From contig JARVJZ010000001.1 in NCBI GenBank assembly GCA_029775855.1, positions 32,001-96,000 on the forward strand: a stretch of 64,000 nt of DNA, written 5' to 3'. A program made the position numbers and the translations under genes. The notes beneath the pieces are model-generated. The model saw only the letters and a program-made list of their open reading frames with translations. It had not been told where the DNA came from and did no database searches. Positions 9,528 to 19,910 of this stretch are shown in pieces (position 1 is the stretch's first letter; each line of letters starts with the position of its first letter). The DNA comes from Nitrososphaeria archaeon (GTDB taxonomy: Archaea; Thermoproteota; Nitrososphaeria; Nitrososphaerales; JAAOZN01).

Positions 9528-10769
9528 CTACTTATAAGGCCATTCATAAGCCCTCTGTTTAACTTCACTAGGCCAGACGATATAACCGTCACCGTTAACC
9601 CACTGAGCTATAGCGCCTTGAAGGTATCCAGGCTTCCAGATTGTATCGTGTGATTTATCAAAGGCGTATCTGCCGCATGCACCAACGTAATCAGTCTTCT
9701 CAAGCGCTTCAACTATCTTATCAGGTTCTACAGAGTTGGCTCTCTTTATTGCATCTACAGCTATGTAAACTGTGTCGTATGTTCGGATGTCTTCGTAGTT
9801 TGTTGAAGAATATCCGAAGCGTTTCTCGAAGTTTTCGTAGAACTTTAGTGTCTTTGGTGTTATCGGCACCTTCCATGCTGCTACTCCAAATGCTACATAG
9901 TTGCTTGCATCACCAAGCTGCCTAGCTGTGTCTTGTGAGCCGAGCGCCCCACCCATAAAGTATATTGGAGCATTTATCTTCGACTCATAATACTGTTTAG
10001 CGAAGATGGGGCCATCGCCACCGACTTGAGTAGACAACACCGCATCTGGATTTGTCTCCTTAACTCTCTGCAGATAAGTTGTGAAGTCGGTTGCGGTTCT
10101 AGGCGGATAGTCCACACCAACAATCGTCACACCCCTACTTTCAAGTAGAGGCTTAACTATCGCATATAGGTCTCTCGGGAACTTAGCGTCCGCACTCATG
10201 AAGAAGACTCTTTTAGCACCCACAACTTCAGTCACAAACGAGACAGCAAGCAAAGCTACTTGAGTATTGTTCCACCGCGTTCCAAACACATACTTATAAT
10301 TCTGATAGTCTGAGAGAACTGGTGTAGTTATCTCCGTTGCTGTAGAAACTGAAACTAAGAAGGGTACCTTATATTGAGGAATCTTAGGCAATATTGCTAA
10401 CGTAACACCGCTAGAAAATGTTCCAAAGAGGACGTGAACCTTATCATCAAGTATAAGCTTTAACGCTGCATCAAGCCCTGTTTCAGGGTCTCCAGCAGTG
10501 TCCCTTGTTATAAGCACGACCTTCCTACCTAAAACTCCACCAGCATCGTTTATTTCATCCACAGCCATCTGCGCAGCATCCTGCATCGCTTTCCCCGTTT
10601 TTGCAAAAGCGCCTGTCAGCGGTGTTAGGAGACCAAGTTTGACGTTTTCAGGCGCTGGTGTTAAAGTTGGTGTCAATACTAGGTATGCAGCGATGGCTGC
10701 GACAACGACGACTACGACGATTATCACTGCTGCAACAACTTTTGAGATAGCTAAGGTTTGATTAGGCAT
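9528..10769 (-). CDS. livK: Branched-chain amino acid ABC transporter substrate-binding protein
   Basis: PLTG..A..G, INDAGGVLGRK; N-terminal membrane anchor. Start ATG10769 (MPNQTLAISK) is preferred over GTG10814. Confidence 0.85.
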   Translation of the reverse strand: MPNQTLAISKVVAAVIIVVVVVVAAIAAYLVLTPTLTPAPENVKLGLLTPLTGAFAKTGKAMQDAAQMAVDEINDAGGVLGRKVVLITRDTAGDPETGLDAALKLILDDKVHVLFGTFSSGVTLAILPKIPQYKVPFLVSVSTATEITTPVLSDYQNYKYVFGTRWNNTQVALLAVSFVTEVVGAKRVFFMSADAKFPRDLYAIVKPLLESRGVTIVGVDYPPRTATDFTTYLQRVKETNPDAVLSTQVGGDGPIFAKQYYESKINAPIYFMGGALGSQDTARQLGDASNYVAFGVAAWKVPITPKTLKFYENFEKRFGYSSTNYEDIRTYDTVYIAVDAIKRANSVEPDKIVEALEKTDYVGACGRYAFDKSHDTIWKPGYLQGAIAQWVNGDGYIVWPSEVKQRAYEWPYK

Positions 10770-10861
10770 ATCGATTTTAAATGGCAAAAGTTGCTTAAAT
10801 ATTTTACCCACCACAAGTATATTAGCATGTTTTTAATTTGAATTTTTATTTAATTCTCACT

Positions 10862-11743
10862 TTAGGATCTGAAGATTGGTATGATTTTCTCGCTTATGTA
10901 TTTTAAAGTCTTAATATATTCATCAAAACTATCCGATATAATATGCAGAACGATGTGAGAAACTCCATTTTCGTCAAATCGGATTAAGGATTCTGAAATC
11001 TCTTTATCACTACCTTGTATAGTATACATTGCTCTACCGGATGCTCCCCGGTAGTCAAGTCGTTCTCCTAACTTAAAGGGGCTTCTTAACGTGATAGGGA
11101 AGTCTGCCCTTTCTCTTTTTACTGTTTCTAGCTTCTGAGACACTTCCTCAGGCGAGAGCCCGACTGGGTGCCAGCCGTCTCCTACCGTTAAAGCGATTTC
11201 AAGAGCTTTTTGCGTGTTGCCAGCTATATAGATTGGTATGGCTGTCTTCTGTACAGGTTTAGGGTCTGCTAAAGCGTTTACGATGCTATAATTGGTGTCA
11301 AAGTAATTTACTGGGTCTTCTGCCCAAAGTGCACGCATCAGCTTTACTCCATTCTTAACCGTAGTGTACCTATGTTTATAGTCAGCTTTGAGGTAGCTGA
11401 ACTCCTTCTCAAGCCATCCGAAACCTACACTTAGGATGAGGCGCCCTCCACTAAGCTGGTCAATGGTAGCTGCTTGCTTAGCAACCACCACTGGATTACG
11501 AAGAGGCAGAATAAGCGCGGATATGCCCACCTTGATCTTCTTGGTGATTGAAGCAAGGTAGGATAATGTAGATATGACCTCGTAAGTCGTGCCATAAGGA
11601 ATTCTGTTCTCTATCGGCACAACCAGATGATCCGTGACCCAGATAGAGTCAAACCCAAGGTCTTCTGCAGCTTCAGCAGCGGCCTTGATCGCTGAGGGTG
11701 AGGCGAAACTGCCAAAGTTTGGCACACAGACGCCGATCTTCAA
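10862..11743 (-). CDS. LLM-class (probably F420-dependent) oxidoreductase
   Basis: AEDLGFDSIWVTDH, LRNPVVVAKQAATIDQLSGGR, PKPVQ, GDGWHP. Confidence 0.85.
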   Translation of the reverse strand: MKIGVCVPNFGSFASPSAIKAAAEAAEDLGFDSIWVTDHLVVPIENRIPYGTTYEVISTLSYLASITKKIKVGISALILPLRNPVVVAKQAATIDQLSGGRLILSVGFGWLEKEFSYLKADYKHRYTTVKNGVKLMRALWAEDPVNYFDTNYSIVNALADPKPVQKTAIPIYIAGNTQKALEIALTVGDGWHPVGLSPEEVSQKLETVKRERADFPITLRSPFKLGERLDYRGASGRAMYTIQGSDKEISESLIRFDENGVSHIVLHIISDSFDEYIKTLKYISEKIIPIFRS

Positions 11744-11824
11744 ACCAAATATGCTAACCTAGGATATGTTAAAAGTCTTTTTTGTTGGAATAGCTTAAAT
11801 CTTGGCCTTTTGGTTTGAAGTGGT

Positions 11825-12880
11825 ATGGGTAGATTAGTTTTAGGTGCTGTCGGTGATGTTATGCTATCTAAGCCTCTTTCTAGAGGTTTTAGCGACGCTT
11901 TGACCATCTTAAATAGGGTGGATGTGGCTACTGCGAACCTTGAGGCGCCGTTTACATCAGGTGGTGATGCAGCAGATAAATGGGTTGCATTAAGGCAAGA
12001 CCCTATCTTATCTAAAGAATATGTGAAGATTGGATTTAGGGTGCTGAATATAGCGAATAACCATATGCTTGACTACGGCGTAGAAGGTCTTCTCTCAACG
12101 ATATATGTGCTGCGTAAAAACGGCATACTTTATGTAGGTGGTGGAGTTAATCTCGAAGAAGCCTTATCCCATAAGATCTTTAAAAAGAATGGTATAAGTA
12201 TAGCGTTCTTAGGATGCGCTTCAACTCTACCGGGAAACTCAATAGCGGGGCGGAGCACACCGGGCTTAGCGCCCTTAAGAGTTAGAACGACCTATTATAT
12301 TGAGCCGGAGATGGAAAAGGAGCAGCCGGGGACACCCCCAGTTATATTTACTGAAGTTGTGCAAGAGGATTTGGATAGGATTATAGCCGCCGTAAAGAAG
12401 GCTAAGTCTGAAGCAGACTTTGTTGTTTTATCTATCCACTGGGGTATGGCTTATCAGGAGAACATCTTAGATTACCAGCTTCAAGCCGCTAGAGCTTTCA
12501 TAGATGCTGGTGCTAAACTAATTTTGGGTCATCATCCGCATCGTGTGCAAGCTGTGGAAAGATATGGTAAGGGCTTTATATTTTATAGCCTAGGCGACTT
12601 CTTCTTCGATATTTCAGATTTTGCACCCATTAATACGAAGTGGAGACATTGGCCTCCTAAAGTTGGTATGTGGTCTAAGTCAGACGACTCTTTGCTCGTT
12701 AAAACTGTATTCGATCCTAACGGCGACACTTCTATAGATGTTATTCCTTGCTCGAAAGGAGCAAATGGGCAGCCTGTGATTTTACAAGGCGCAAAAGGTA
12801 GAAAGCTCTTACAGCGTCTTAAAGGTTTATCTGAGGGCACTGATCTAAAAATAAAAGATGATGTTGCACATTTAGAGTGA
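11825..12880 (+). CDS. CapA/PgsA-family metallophosphoesterase-fold protein, no signal peptide
   Basis: VGDVM, NLE, IANNHMLDYG, SIHWG, GHHPH, YSLGDF. Confidence 0.9.
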   Translation: MGRLVLGAVGDVMLSKPLSRGFSDALTILNRVDVATANLEAPFTSGGDAADKWVALRQDPILSKEYVKIGFRVLNIANNHMLDYGVEGLLSTIYVLRKNGILYVGGGVNLEEALSHKIFKKNGISIAFLGCASTLPGNSIAGRSTPGLAPLRVRTTYYIEPEMEKEQPGTPPVIFTEVVQEDLDRIIAAVKKAKSEADFVVLSIHWGMAYQENILDYQLQAARAFIDAGAKLILGHHPHRVQAVERYGKGFIFYSLGDFFFDISDFAPINTKWRHWPPKVGMWSKSDDSLLVKTVFDPNGDTSIDVIPCSKGANGQPVILQGAKGRKLLQRLKGLSEGTDLKIKDDVAHLE

Positions 12881-12883
12881 GAG

Positions 12884-14638
12884 GTGCTACGCTTGAAGTT
12901 AAACACTTACCCAGATATTTTGAGCGAAGTTTCAAAGGATCTGTTGCTTACACATTTAAAACAGATAGCAAACTGGATTAGACTTTCTGGAAGTGAAGAG
13001 GAAGCTGAGGCTCTTACTTACATAAAACGAAGGCTGAATGAATACGGATATAAAGTTGATGAATATAGTTTTGAGGCATTAATAGGTTATCCTAAATACG
13101 CTAAACTTGAATTATTATTACCTGACCCTATACTTTTTTATGGTATAACAGCAGCACTCGCGCCATCAACACCAAAAGAAGGCGTAGAAGCTGAATTAAT
13201 CTATGTGAAGCGTGGTGATAATTATGATGGCTTGGATGTCGGCGGTAAGATCGTTGTTATAGACGGGTTATTCAACCCAAAGTTGGCAAAGCTTGCTGAG
13301 GAGAACAGAGCGGTTGGAGAAGTCTTCATAAATGATGATTATCTTCACGAAGGAATAGTATCAATAGTCTGGGGCGCACCTACCTCCGAAACTATAGGGC
13401 TTCTACCTAAGACACCCTGCATAGCCCTAACATCCCAGCAAGGAGCAAAGATTCTACATCATCTCCAGAAAGGCAGTGTTAAAGCAAAGCTGACTACAGA
13501 TTCATGGATAGGTTGGAAAAAGATACCCGTGCTGACAGGTGAAATTAATGGCGCCTCAGACGACTTCATATTATTTAGTGGGCATATAGATTCGTGGCAT
13601 TATGGTGCCATGGATAATGCTTCTGCAAACTCAGCTATGCTTGAAATAGCTAGGCTCTTAGGGAAGCATAGAGAGCTATTAAGAAGAGGCTTAAGGTTGG
13701 CTTTCTGGTCCGGGCATTCACACGGTAGATATGCGGGCTCAGCTTGGTATGCTGATAACTTTTGGGCTGATCTGTATGAGCGGTGTGTAGCGCATGTGAA
13801 TATAGACTCTGTGGGAGGTAAGGGTGCAACACTATTTAGTGAAGCATACGTTATGAGTGAGGCAAAAGAATTTGCTTCAAGTGTTGTTGAATATGTGGTT
13901 GGAGAAAAGCTCAGTGGAAGAAGGTTCTCAAGGGCTGGGGATCAGTCATTCTGGGGTATAGGAGTCACATCAATATTCATGAGCCTATCTGAACAGCCTC
14001 CAGAAGCACTTGAGGGTAAGAAGGCACCTTCATTCCTACTTGCGCCACATAGCGGAGGATTAGGTTGGTGGTGGCACACAACCGAAGATACTGTGGACAA
14101 GATCGACCCAGACTTTTTGGTTAGAGATACTAAGGTGTATCTACTTCTTATACTAAATCTATGCACAACTTCAATCATACCCTTCGACTACTCAGCAACA
14201 CTCGAAGAAATAGAAGATAGACTGAGAGAGGCGAAAAACCTTTCTGCAGGCCGCTTTGATCTCAACTCACTCATAGAGAGAACGACCAAAGTTAAACATA
14301 TCTTAAAAGAATTTTACAAACATGTAAACAGCTTAAATATTGTGGATGAAAGTCTGCTTAGTAAAGCAAATCAATGCATTAAGAGGCTTGGTAGGTTTCT
14401 TGTACCTATAAACTATAGTAAAGTGGGACCATTCGACCACGATCTTGCCATACCCTTATCCCCTCTACCTGTCTTAGATGGTGTGGAACGCCTAGCTAAG
14501 TTGCCGCAAGATACGATTGAAGCCCGACTGTTGGCTACTAAGCTTAGAAGAGAAAGCAACAAGATAGTGTATGCGTTAATAGAGGTGGAGAGAGAAGTCA
14601 GCGTAACATTAGAAAGGATGGGTATCAAATATGTCTGA
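12884..14638 (+). CDS. M28-family metallopeptidase with PA domain (atypical active site)
   Basis: R.SGS.EE, PA insert, GHIDSW, GAMDNASA, NIDS, WWHT.ED. Confidence 0.8.
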   Translation: MLRLKLNTYPDILSEVSKDLLLTHLKQIANWIRLSGSEEEAEALTYIKRRLNEYGYKVDEYSFEALIGYPKYAKLELLLPDPILFYGITAALAPSTPKEGVEAELIYVKRGDNYDGLDVGGKIVVIDGLFNPKLAKLAEENRAVGEVFINDDYLHEGIVSIVWGAPTSETIGLLPKTPCIALTSQQGAKILHHLQKGSVKAKLTTDSWIGWKKIPVLTGEINGASDDFILFSGHIDSWHYGAMDNASANSAMLEIARLLGKHRELLRRGLRLAFWSGHSHGRYAGSAWYADNFWADLYERCVAHVNIDSVGGKGATLFSEAYVMSEAKEFASSVVEYVVGEKLSGRRFSRAGDQSFWGIGVTSIFMSLSEQPPEALEGKKAPSFLLAPHSGGLGWWWHTTEDTVDKIDPDFLVRDTKVYLLLILNLCTTSIIPFDYSATLEEIEDRLREAKNLSAGRFDLNSLIERTTKVKHILKEFYKHVNSLNIVDESLLSKANQCIKRLGRFLVPINYSKVGPFDHDLAIPLSPLPVLDGVERLAKLPQDTIEARLLATKLRRESNKIVYALIEVEREVSVTLERMGIKYV

Positions 14639-15998
14639 AAATCCCAGCTATCGCGTTTTGTACAATTATATTGACACACACGTTGACGAGTTTATAGAGG
14701 AGTTGAAAGAATTTCTCTCGAAGCCCTCTATCAGCACACAAGGTATAGGGTTACGAGAGACAGCCGCTTATCTAAAGAATCTAATGACCCGGATAGGTAT
14801 CAAAACAACCATAGTTGAAACACCTGGGGCGCCTGTAGTGTTTGGTGAGTTAACGGTAGATCCTAGCAGACCTACTATACTCGTCTATGGGCACTATGAT
14901 GTGCAGCCACCTGAGCCTCTTGAGGCTTGGCTCTCTCCACCCTTCAAACCTACGGTAAGGGATAACAGAATCTATGCAAGAGGTGCTGGAGACAATAAAG
15001 GTCAACTTTATGCGCAACTGATGGGACTGAAGTCAATCTTAGCCATCAGGTTTCCACTAGGTGTAAACGTGAAGTTCATATTTGAAGGAGAGGAGGAGAA
15101 CGGCAGCCCACACCTAGAAGAATTCATCACAACAAACAAAGAGTGGCTTAAAGCAGACTTCGTATACACCTCAGACGGCCCTCTCCACGAAAGTGGTAGA
15201 CCAGTGGTGCAGCTCGGCGTAAGAGGAATCCTCTATCTGGAGTTTACAGCAAAAGGTGCCTCCAGAGACTTGCACTCTGGCAACTGGGGTGGACCGATAG
15301 TGAATCCTGCACTAAGGCTTATCGATTTAATTACAACAATGCGTGAACCATTTAGTGGTAAGGTGCTTATAGAAGGCTTCTACGACAACATTCGCAAGCC
15401 AACAGAGGAAGAAAAGAAGATCTTACAGTCTCTTCCCCTTGACAGAGAGCGAGTAGCAAAAGATCTCGGCTTAGACCCTTCACAGATACCATCTCCTCTT
15501 GAATTCTACACCAAGCTGATGTTTCTACCCACCTTTAACATCTGTGGCTTTATAAGCGGCTATACTGAGAAAGGAATGAAGACAATAATTCCATCCACGG
15601 CAACGTTAAAAATGGATATGAGATTAGTTGTAGACCAAGATCCGGACGACATATTTAAGAAGGTTCAGCAGCATGTTATGAAATATGCTCCTGACGTGCT
15701 AGTAAAGAAGCTTGGGCAGATGAAGCCTTCACGGACGCCTGTGGAGAACAAGTATGTTAAGACTGTTTATAATGCTGTTGAGCAAGCAACTGGTCTTAAA
15801 CCCTTCATCTACCCTTCACTTGGAGGCAGCTTACCAGATTATGTATTCACAGGTATACTCGGTATACCATCAATAATGGTGCCCTACGCAAACATAGATG
15901 AGAGCAACCATGCGCCAAATGAAAATCTTGCTATACCACTTTTCATCAGAGGTGTTAAGTGCTTCTCTACACTACTAGCTATGCTTTCTCAAGGGTAG
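14631..15998 (+). CDS. M20-family dipeptidase/deacylase
   Basis: YGHYDVQP, ARGAGDNKGQ, EGEEENGS, DLHSG, HAPNE. Confidence 0.9.
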   Translation: MSENPSYRVLYNYIDTHVDEFIEELKEFLSKPSISTQGIGLRETAAYLKNLMTRIGIKTTIVETPGAPVVFGELTVDPSRPTILVYGHYDVQPPEPLEAWLSPPFKPTVRDNRIYARGAGDNKGQLYAQLMGLKSILAIRFPLGVNVKFIFEGEEENGSPHLEEFITTNKEWLKADFVYTSDGPLHESGRPVVQLGVRGILYLEFTAKGASRDLHSGNWGGPIVNPALRLIDLITTMREPFSGKVLIEGFYDNIRKPTEEEKKILQSLPLDRERVAKDLGLDPSQIPSPLEFYTKLMFLPTFNICGFISGYTEKGMKTIIPSTATLKMDMRLVVDQDPDDIFKKVQQHVMKYAPDVLVKKLGQMKPSRTPVENKYVKTVYNAVEQATGLKPFIYPSLGGSLPDYVFTGILGIPSIMVPYANIDESNHAPNENLAIPLFIRGVKCFSTLLAMLSQG

Positions 15999-16012
15999 GC
16001 GAATTAATCTCT

Positions 16013-17038
16013 ATGAGTGTGCTGATAGTTGGATTCGGTTTCGTTGGCTCTAATGCTGCGTGCTTATTTTCTGAGAAAGGGTATCAAGTGCATGCTGTTG
16101 ATGTGAATCCACGCATACTAGACTATGTCAAAGAGGCTAATGTGGTCGTCGATAGGATTGATGCAACAAACCTAGACTCTTTGACCGAGGTGGTCTCCAA
16201 AGTGAAACCTAAGATTATCGTGCACACCGCTATAAGCCCTCTTGCAGACCTATTTAGTCAAACCATAAAGGTAAACCTTCTAAGCTTATCTAACACAATC
16301 GAATTAGCCAGAAAATATGATGCAAGATTAATATACCTAAGCTCAGGCGCGGTTTACGGTCAAGTAGAGGAAAAAGAAGAAGCTATATCTGAAGACGAAC
16401 CCTTTGGACCAGTAGCCCCCCTCCGTGAATATGATCTACCGTGGGCTCCAATATACTGCACAACTAAGAGAATGGGTGAAAGTCTCGTGGAGTTAGCCCA
16501 CAAAATCTATGGTCTTGAAGCTACAATACTTCGATTAGGGTTAGTCTACGGACAAGGAGATACACTACTTAACGCAGGTTTGACATTGTTGTTGCGAAGA
16601 GCACTTGCTAAACGACCGCTTTTACTAAGCCAAGGTGGAGATACTTTCTGCCCACTTGTGTATGTAAAGGATGTTGCTGACGCTATATTAAAGGTCTCTT
16701 TAAGCCAGATCAAGTACGATGTGTTTAACATAGCATGCAAAAAAGGCTACTTTATGAGTGAAGTAGTTGAAGCTATAAAACAAATCCTACCAGACGCGGA
16801 TATCAGAGTAGGCCCAGGGATATGGCCATCTAGAAATACATCTATACCACGTGGTGTGATAAGTTGGCCTACGAGAAGGATGCTTGATATCTCTAAGGCT
16901 GTGGAACTGCTGGGCTACTCTCCTAGATATTCTTTGTATGAGGGTATGCTTGAATACGCTGCTTGGATGCGAAGAAACTGGAATCTTTACTCACCAAGCG
17001 TGTTTCCATTTCCCGATGATCAAAAAGGAAATATTTGA
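16013..17038 (+). CDS. NAD-dependent epimerase/dehydratase (extended SDR)
   Basis: GFGFVG Rossmann motif, SSGAVYG, YCTTK catalytic YxxxK, YVKDVA; start refined to ATG16013. Confidence 0.85.
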   Translation: MSVLIVGFGFVGSNAACLFSEKGYQVHAVDVNPRILDYVKEANVVVDRIDATNLDSLTEVVSKVKPKIIVHTAISPLADLFSQTIKVNLLSLSNTIELARKYDARLIYLSSGAVYGQVEEKEEAISEDEPFGPVAPLREYDLPWAPIYCTTKRMGESLVELAHKIYGLEATILRLGLVYGQGDTLLNAGLTLLLRRALAKRPLLLSQGGDTFCPLVYVKDVADAILKVSLSQIKYDVFNIACKKGYFMSEVVEAIKQILPDADIRVGPGIWPSRNTSIPRGVISWPTRRMLDISKAVELLGYSPRYSLYEGMLEYAAWMRRNWNLYSPSVFPFPDDQKGNI

Positions 17039-17073
17039 TATAATCTTGAGTGGGAGCGACGGTGTGCTGACCC

Positions 17074-18069
17074 GTGGTCGCTTTCCAAGCTAAAGACCAA
17101 ATTAAGAACGTTGGTGAAGTATTACTTTCAGTAAGGAATCTGAGGATATACTATGGTCGTGAACCTGCTCTGATTCGTGCTGTAGATGGTGTCTCCTTTG
17201 ATATTAAAAGAGGTGAAATTACCGCTCTGGTGGGTGAGTCAGGCTCAGGCAAGACCACCATAGCTCTATCTATACTTTCTCTCCTTCCTCCGGCTGCAAA
17301 GATCGTTGAAGGTGATATATTGTTTAAGGGTCGCAGCATTCTTCACCTTAAATCACGTGAAATGCAGAGGATAAGGGGTAAAGAGATTGGAATGGTCTTT
17401 CAAGAACCCCATTCATATTTAAATCCTCTAATTAAAGTGGGAGACCAAGTAGCCGAAACGTTGATCCTACATGAAAATATAGGTAAAGAAGAGGCTAGAT
17501 CTCGTGTCATAAACATATTTGAAAAGGTTAGAATAGCAGATCCGCAACGAATCTACCACTACTACCCTCATCAGCTCAGCGGGGGAATGGCTCAAAGAGT
17601 CGGCATATCTATAGCGATAGCGTGTAACCCATCTCTATTAGTAGCAGATGAACCTACAAGTAACCTTGATCTAACTGTTCAATCCCAAATACTCCACCTA
17701 CTCAAGAATCTCTCAAAAGAACTAGGATTATCTGTACTTCTTATAACACACGATTTAGGTGTAGTAAGTGGGTTGGCTGATAGAGTGGTGATAGTCTATG
17801 CAGGTAAGGTCGCCGAGGAAGCAGATGTGTATTCGATCTACACCAATCCCCAGCACCCATATACCGAAGTCCTATTAGCATCAAGCAGAGTCGCCAAGAT
17901 TAAAAGCAACATAGAAGCGTCAGGCTTCCTACCAGATCTAAGGAACCCACCAGCTGGTTGTCGATTCAGCACGCGATGCCCTTATGTGTTGGAGAAGTGT
18001 AGTAGTGAACCACCTGAAGTGAGAGGTCCTAACAATTCGAGGGTCTACTGCTGGCTAAGAGGTGGCTAA
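17074..18069 (+). CDS. oppD: Oligopeptide ABC transporter ATPase
   Basis: GESGSGKT, YPHQLSGGMAQR, ADEPT, C-terminal GCRFSTRCP. Confidence 0.9.
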   Translation: MVAFQAKDQIKNVGEVLLSVRNLRIYYGREPALIRAVDGVSFDIKRGEITALVGESGSGKTTIALSILSLLPPAAKIVEGDILFKGRSILHLKSREMQRIRGKEIGMVFQEPHSYLNPLIKVGDQVAETLILHENIGKEEARSRVINIFEKVRIADPQRIYHYYPHQLSGGMAQRVGISIAIACNPSLLVADEPTSNLDLTVQSQILHLLKNLSKELGLSVLLITHDLGVVSGLADRVVIVYAGKVAEEADVYSIYTNPQHPYTEVLLASSRVAKIKSNIEASGFLPDLRNPPAGCRFSTRCPYVLEKCSSEPPEVRGPNNSRVYCWLRGG

Positions 18070-19057
18070 AATGTCCAATGATGTTATAATATCAGCTGAA
18101 AACTTAAAGAAATATTTCCCGTTCAAAGGCGGCTTCTTTTCTAGAACCAGAAGCATAGTTAAGGCTGTAGATGGTGTGGATCTAACAATACGCCACGGTG
18201 AGAACCTTGCCCTTGTAGGTGAAAGTGGCTGTGGTAAGACTACCTTAGGCAGAATGCTCTGTGGCATAATAAAGCCTACTAGCGGGCGCATCATATACCC
18301 TGGAGCGGGAGATAATGGGTTTAGTAGGCTAAGCTTTGCCAAGTATGTTCAACCCATATTCCAAGACCCTTACTCAGCTCTTAATCCTCAGAAGACAATA
18401 TACAAGATCTTAGAAAAGCCATTTAAAGTTCACGGACTTAAGTATTCAGAGAAGGATATAATGGTGCTTCTTGAACGAGTCGGATTAGTTCCAGCCTCAT
18501 CCTTTATATATCGATATCCACACGAGTTAAGCGGTGGACAGAGGCAGCGTGTAGTTATAGCGAGAGCGCTCGCTCTCAGACCTAAGTTAATAGTGGCTGA
18601 TGAACCGATCTCAGGATTAGACGCAACTGTTCAAGCCCAGATACTTAAACTGCTTAAAAAACTGCAGGCAGAATATGAGACTACATACTTGATAATATCA
18701 CACGACATAACGCTTGTTAAAGCGTTATGTAGTAGAGTAGCGGTTATGTATTTAGGTAAGATTGTAGAAGAAGGAGCGGTAAGCGAAGTTATTGAGAACC
18801 CAATGCATCCGTACACATCTTCGCTCTTAAACTCATTTCCATCTGGAGATCCAAAACAAAGAAGATGGATAGATTCTCCCCCTCTCACAGGAGAAGTGCC
18901 TTCGCCAGTCAACCCACCGTCAGGTTGCAGATTTAGAACAAGATGCCCAATGGCTGAGAAAGAATGTGAGTTAAATGAGCCGAAACTTGTGCCTTGTAAT
19001 AAAGACCACCTAGTAGCCTGCCCAATTGTTTTAAGGTCAAAATTAAAGCAGCTCTAA
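18062..19057 (+). CDS. oppF: Oligopeptide ABC transporter ATPase
   Basis: GESGCGKTT, YPHELSGGQRQR, PSPVNPPSGCRFRTRCP. Confidence 0.9.
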   Translation: MAKMSNDVIISAENLKKYFPFKGGFFSRTRSIVKAVDGVDLTIRHGENLALVGESGCGKTTLGRMLCGIIKPTSGRIIYPGAGDNGFSRLSFAKYVQPIFQDPYSALNPQKTIYKILEKPFKVHGLKYSEKDIMVLLERVGLVPASSFIYRYPHELSGGQRQRVVIARALALRPKLIVADEPISGLDATVQAQILKLLKKLQAEYETTYLIISHDITLVKALCSRVAVMYLGKIVEEGAVSEVIENPMHPYTSSLLNSFPSGDPKQRRWIDSPPLTGEVPSPVNPPSGCRFRTRCPMAEKECELNEPKLVPCNKDHLVACPIVLRSKLKQL

Positions 19058-19899
19058 ACACCTACACTCTTCTTTGAGCTTGTGAGCTGACCTATAGCAT
19101 CGCCAAGGAGATTGAAGGCTAGTATCGTAATTATTATAGCTAAACCTGGCATAAGGATGCTCCACCAAGCGCCAAGGTATATAGAGCGGCTGGCTAACCA
19201 TAGTATACGCCCCCAGCTGACCACATTAGGGTCTCCAAGCCCAAGAAAACTTAACCCCGCCTCGACAAGTATGGATGAACCCATCTGCAGAGTTACAGCA
19301 GGTAGCAGAGGAAGCCAAATATTAGGAAGTATCTCGTTAACCATAATATCTACGCTACCAGCCCCAACCGCTTTAACCGCAAGCACAAACTCCCGCTCCC
19401 TTAACGATAAAACTTGCGCCCTAATTATTCTGGCTAATGTAGGCCAAGAAACTACACCAATAACTAAAGTTATCGTATGAATGTTGCTACCGAAAAGAAT
19501 CACTATGAATATTATGAGCACAAAAGAAGGAATAGAGAGCACAACATCAGTAGCCCTCATAAGCACTTCATCAAGCACGCCACCATAAAAACCAGCAGGC
19601 AAACCAACAGCAAGAGCAATAATGAGCGCTATAAGCGTTGAGACTACACCGACATAAAGCGCCACTCTAGCACCGTAGATAACTTGACTATAAACATCAC
19701 TACCAGCCTGGTCTGTCCCAAAAGGATAGACCGGAGTAGGGGGAGAAAGCATAGGGCCAACACCCGTTCTAAGAGGATTATAGAGCGTTATGAAATCCGC
19801 TGCCAACGCGGCAAAGACTATAGGCACTAACAAGACTAAACCAAGCCTAGCACCTTTCGCTCCAACTAGATTCCTGAAGAATTTCAACACTGCAGCCAA
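19054..19899 (-). CDS. oppC: Oligopeptide ABC transporter permease
   Basis: FGTDQAGSD, ARIIRAQVLSLREREFV, EAGLSFLGLG, FNLLGD. Confidence 0.9.
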   Translation of the reverse strand: MAAVLKFFRNLVGAKGARLGLVLLVPIVFAALAADFITLYNPLRTGVGPMLSPPTPVYPFGTDQAGSDVYSQVIYGARVALYVGVVSTLIALIIALAVGLPAGFYGGVLDEVLMRATDVVLSIPSFVLIIFIVILFGSNIHTITLVIGVVSWPTLARIIRAQVLSLREREFVLAVKAVGAGSVDIMVNEILPNIWLPLLPAVTLQMGSSILVEAGLSFLGLGDPNVVSWGRILWLASRSIYLGAWWSILMPGLAIIITILAFNLLGDAIGQLTSSKKSVGV

Positions 19900-19910
19900 A
19901 AATTACACCC

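Noticed and set aside
11825-17038. Poly-gamma-glutamate capsule biosynthesis operon
   Set aside because: No capB/capC ligase genes, CapA lacks a membrane anchor, and the neighbours are importers and peptidases.
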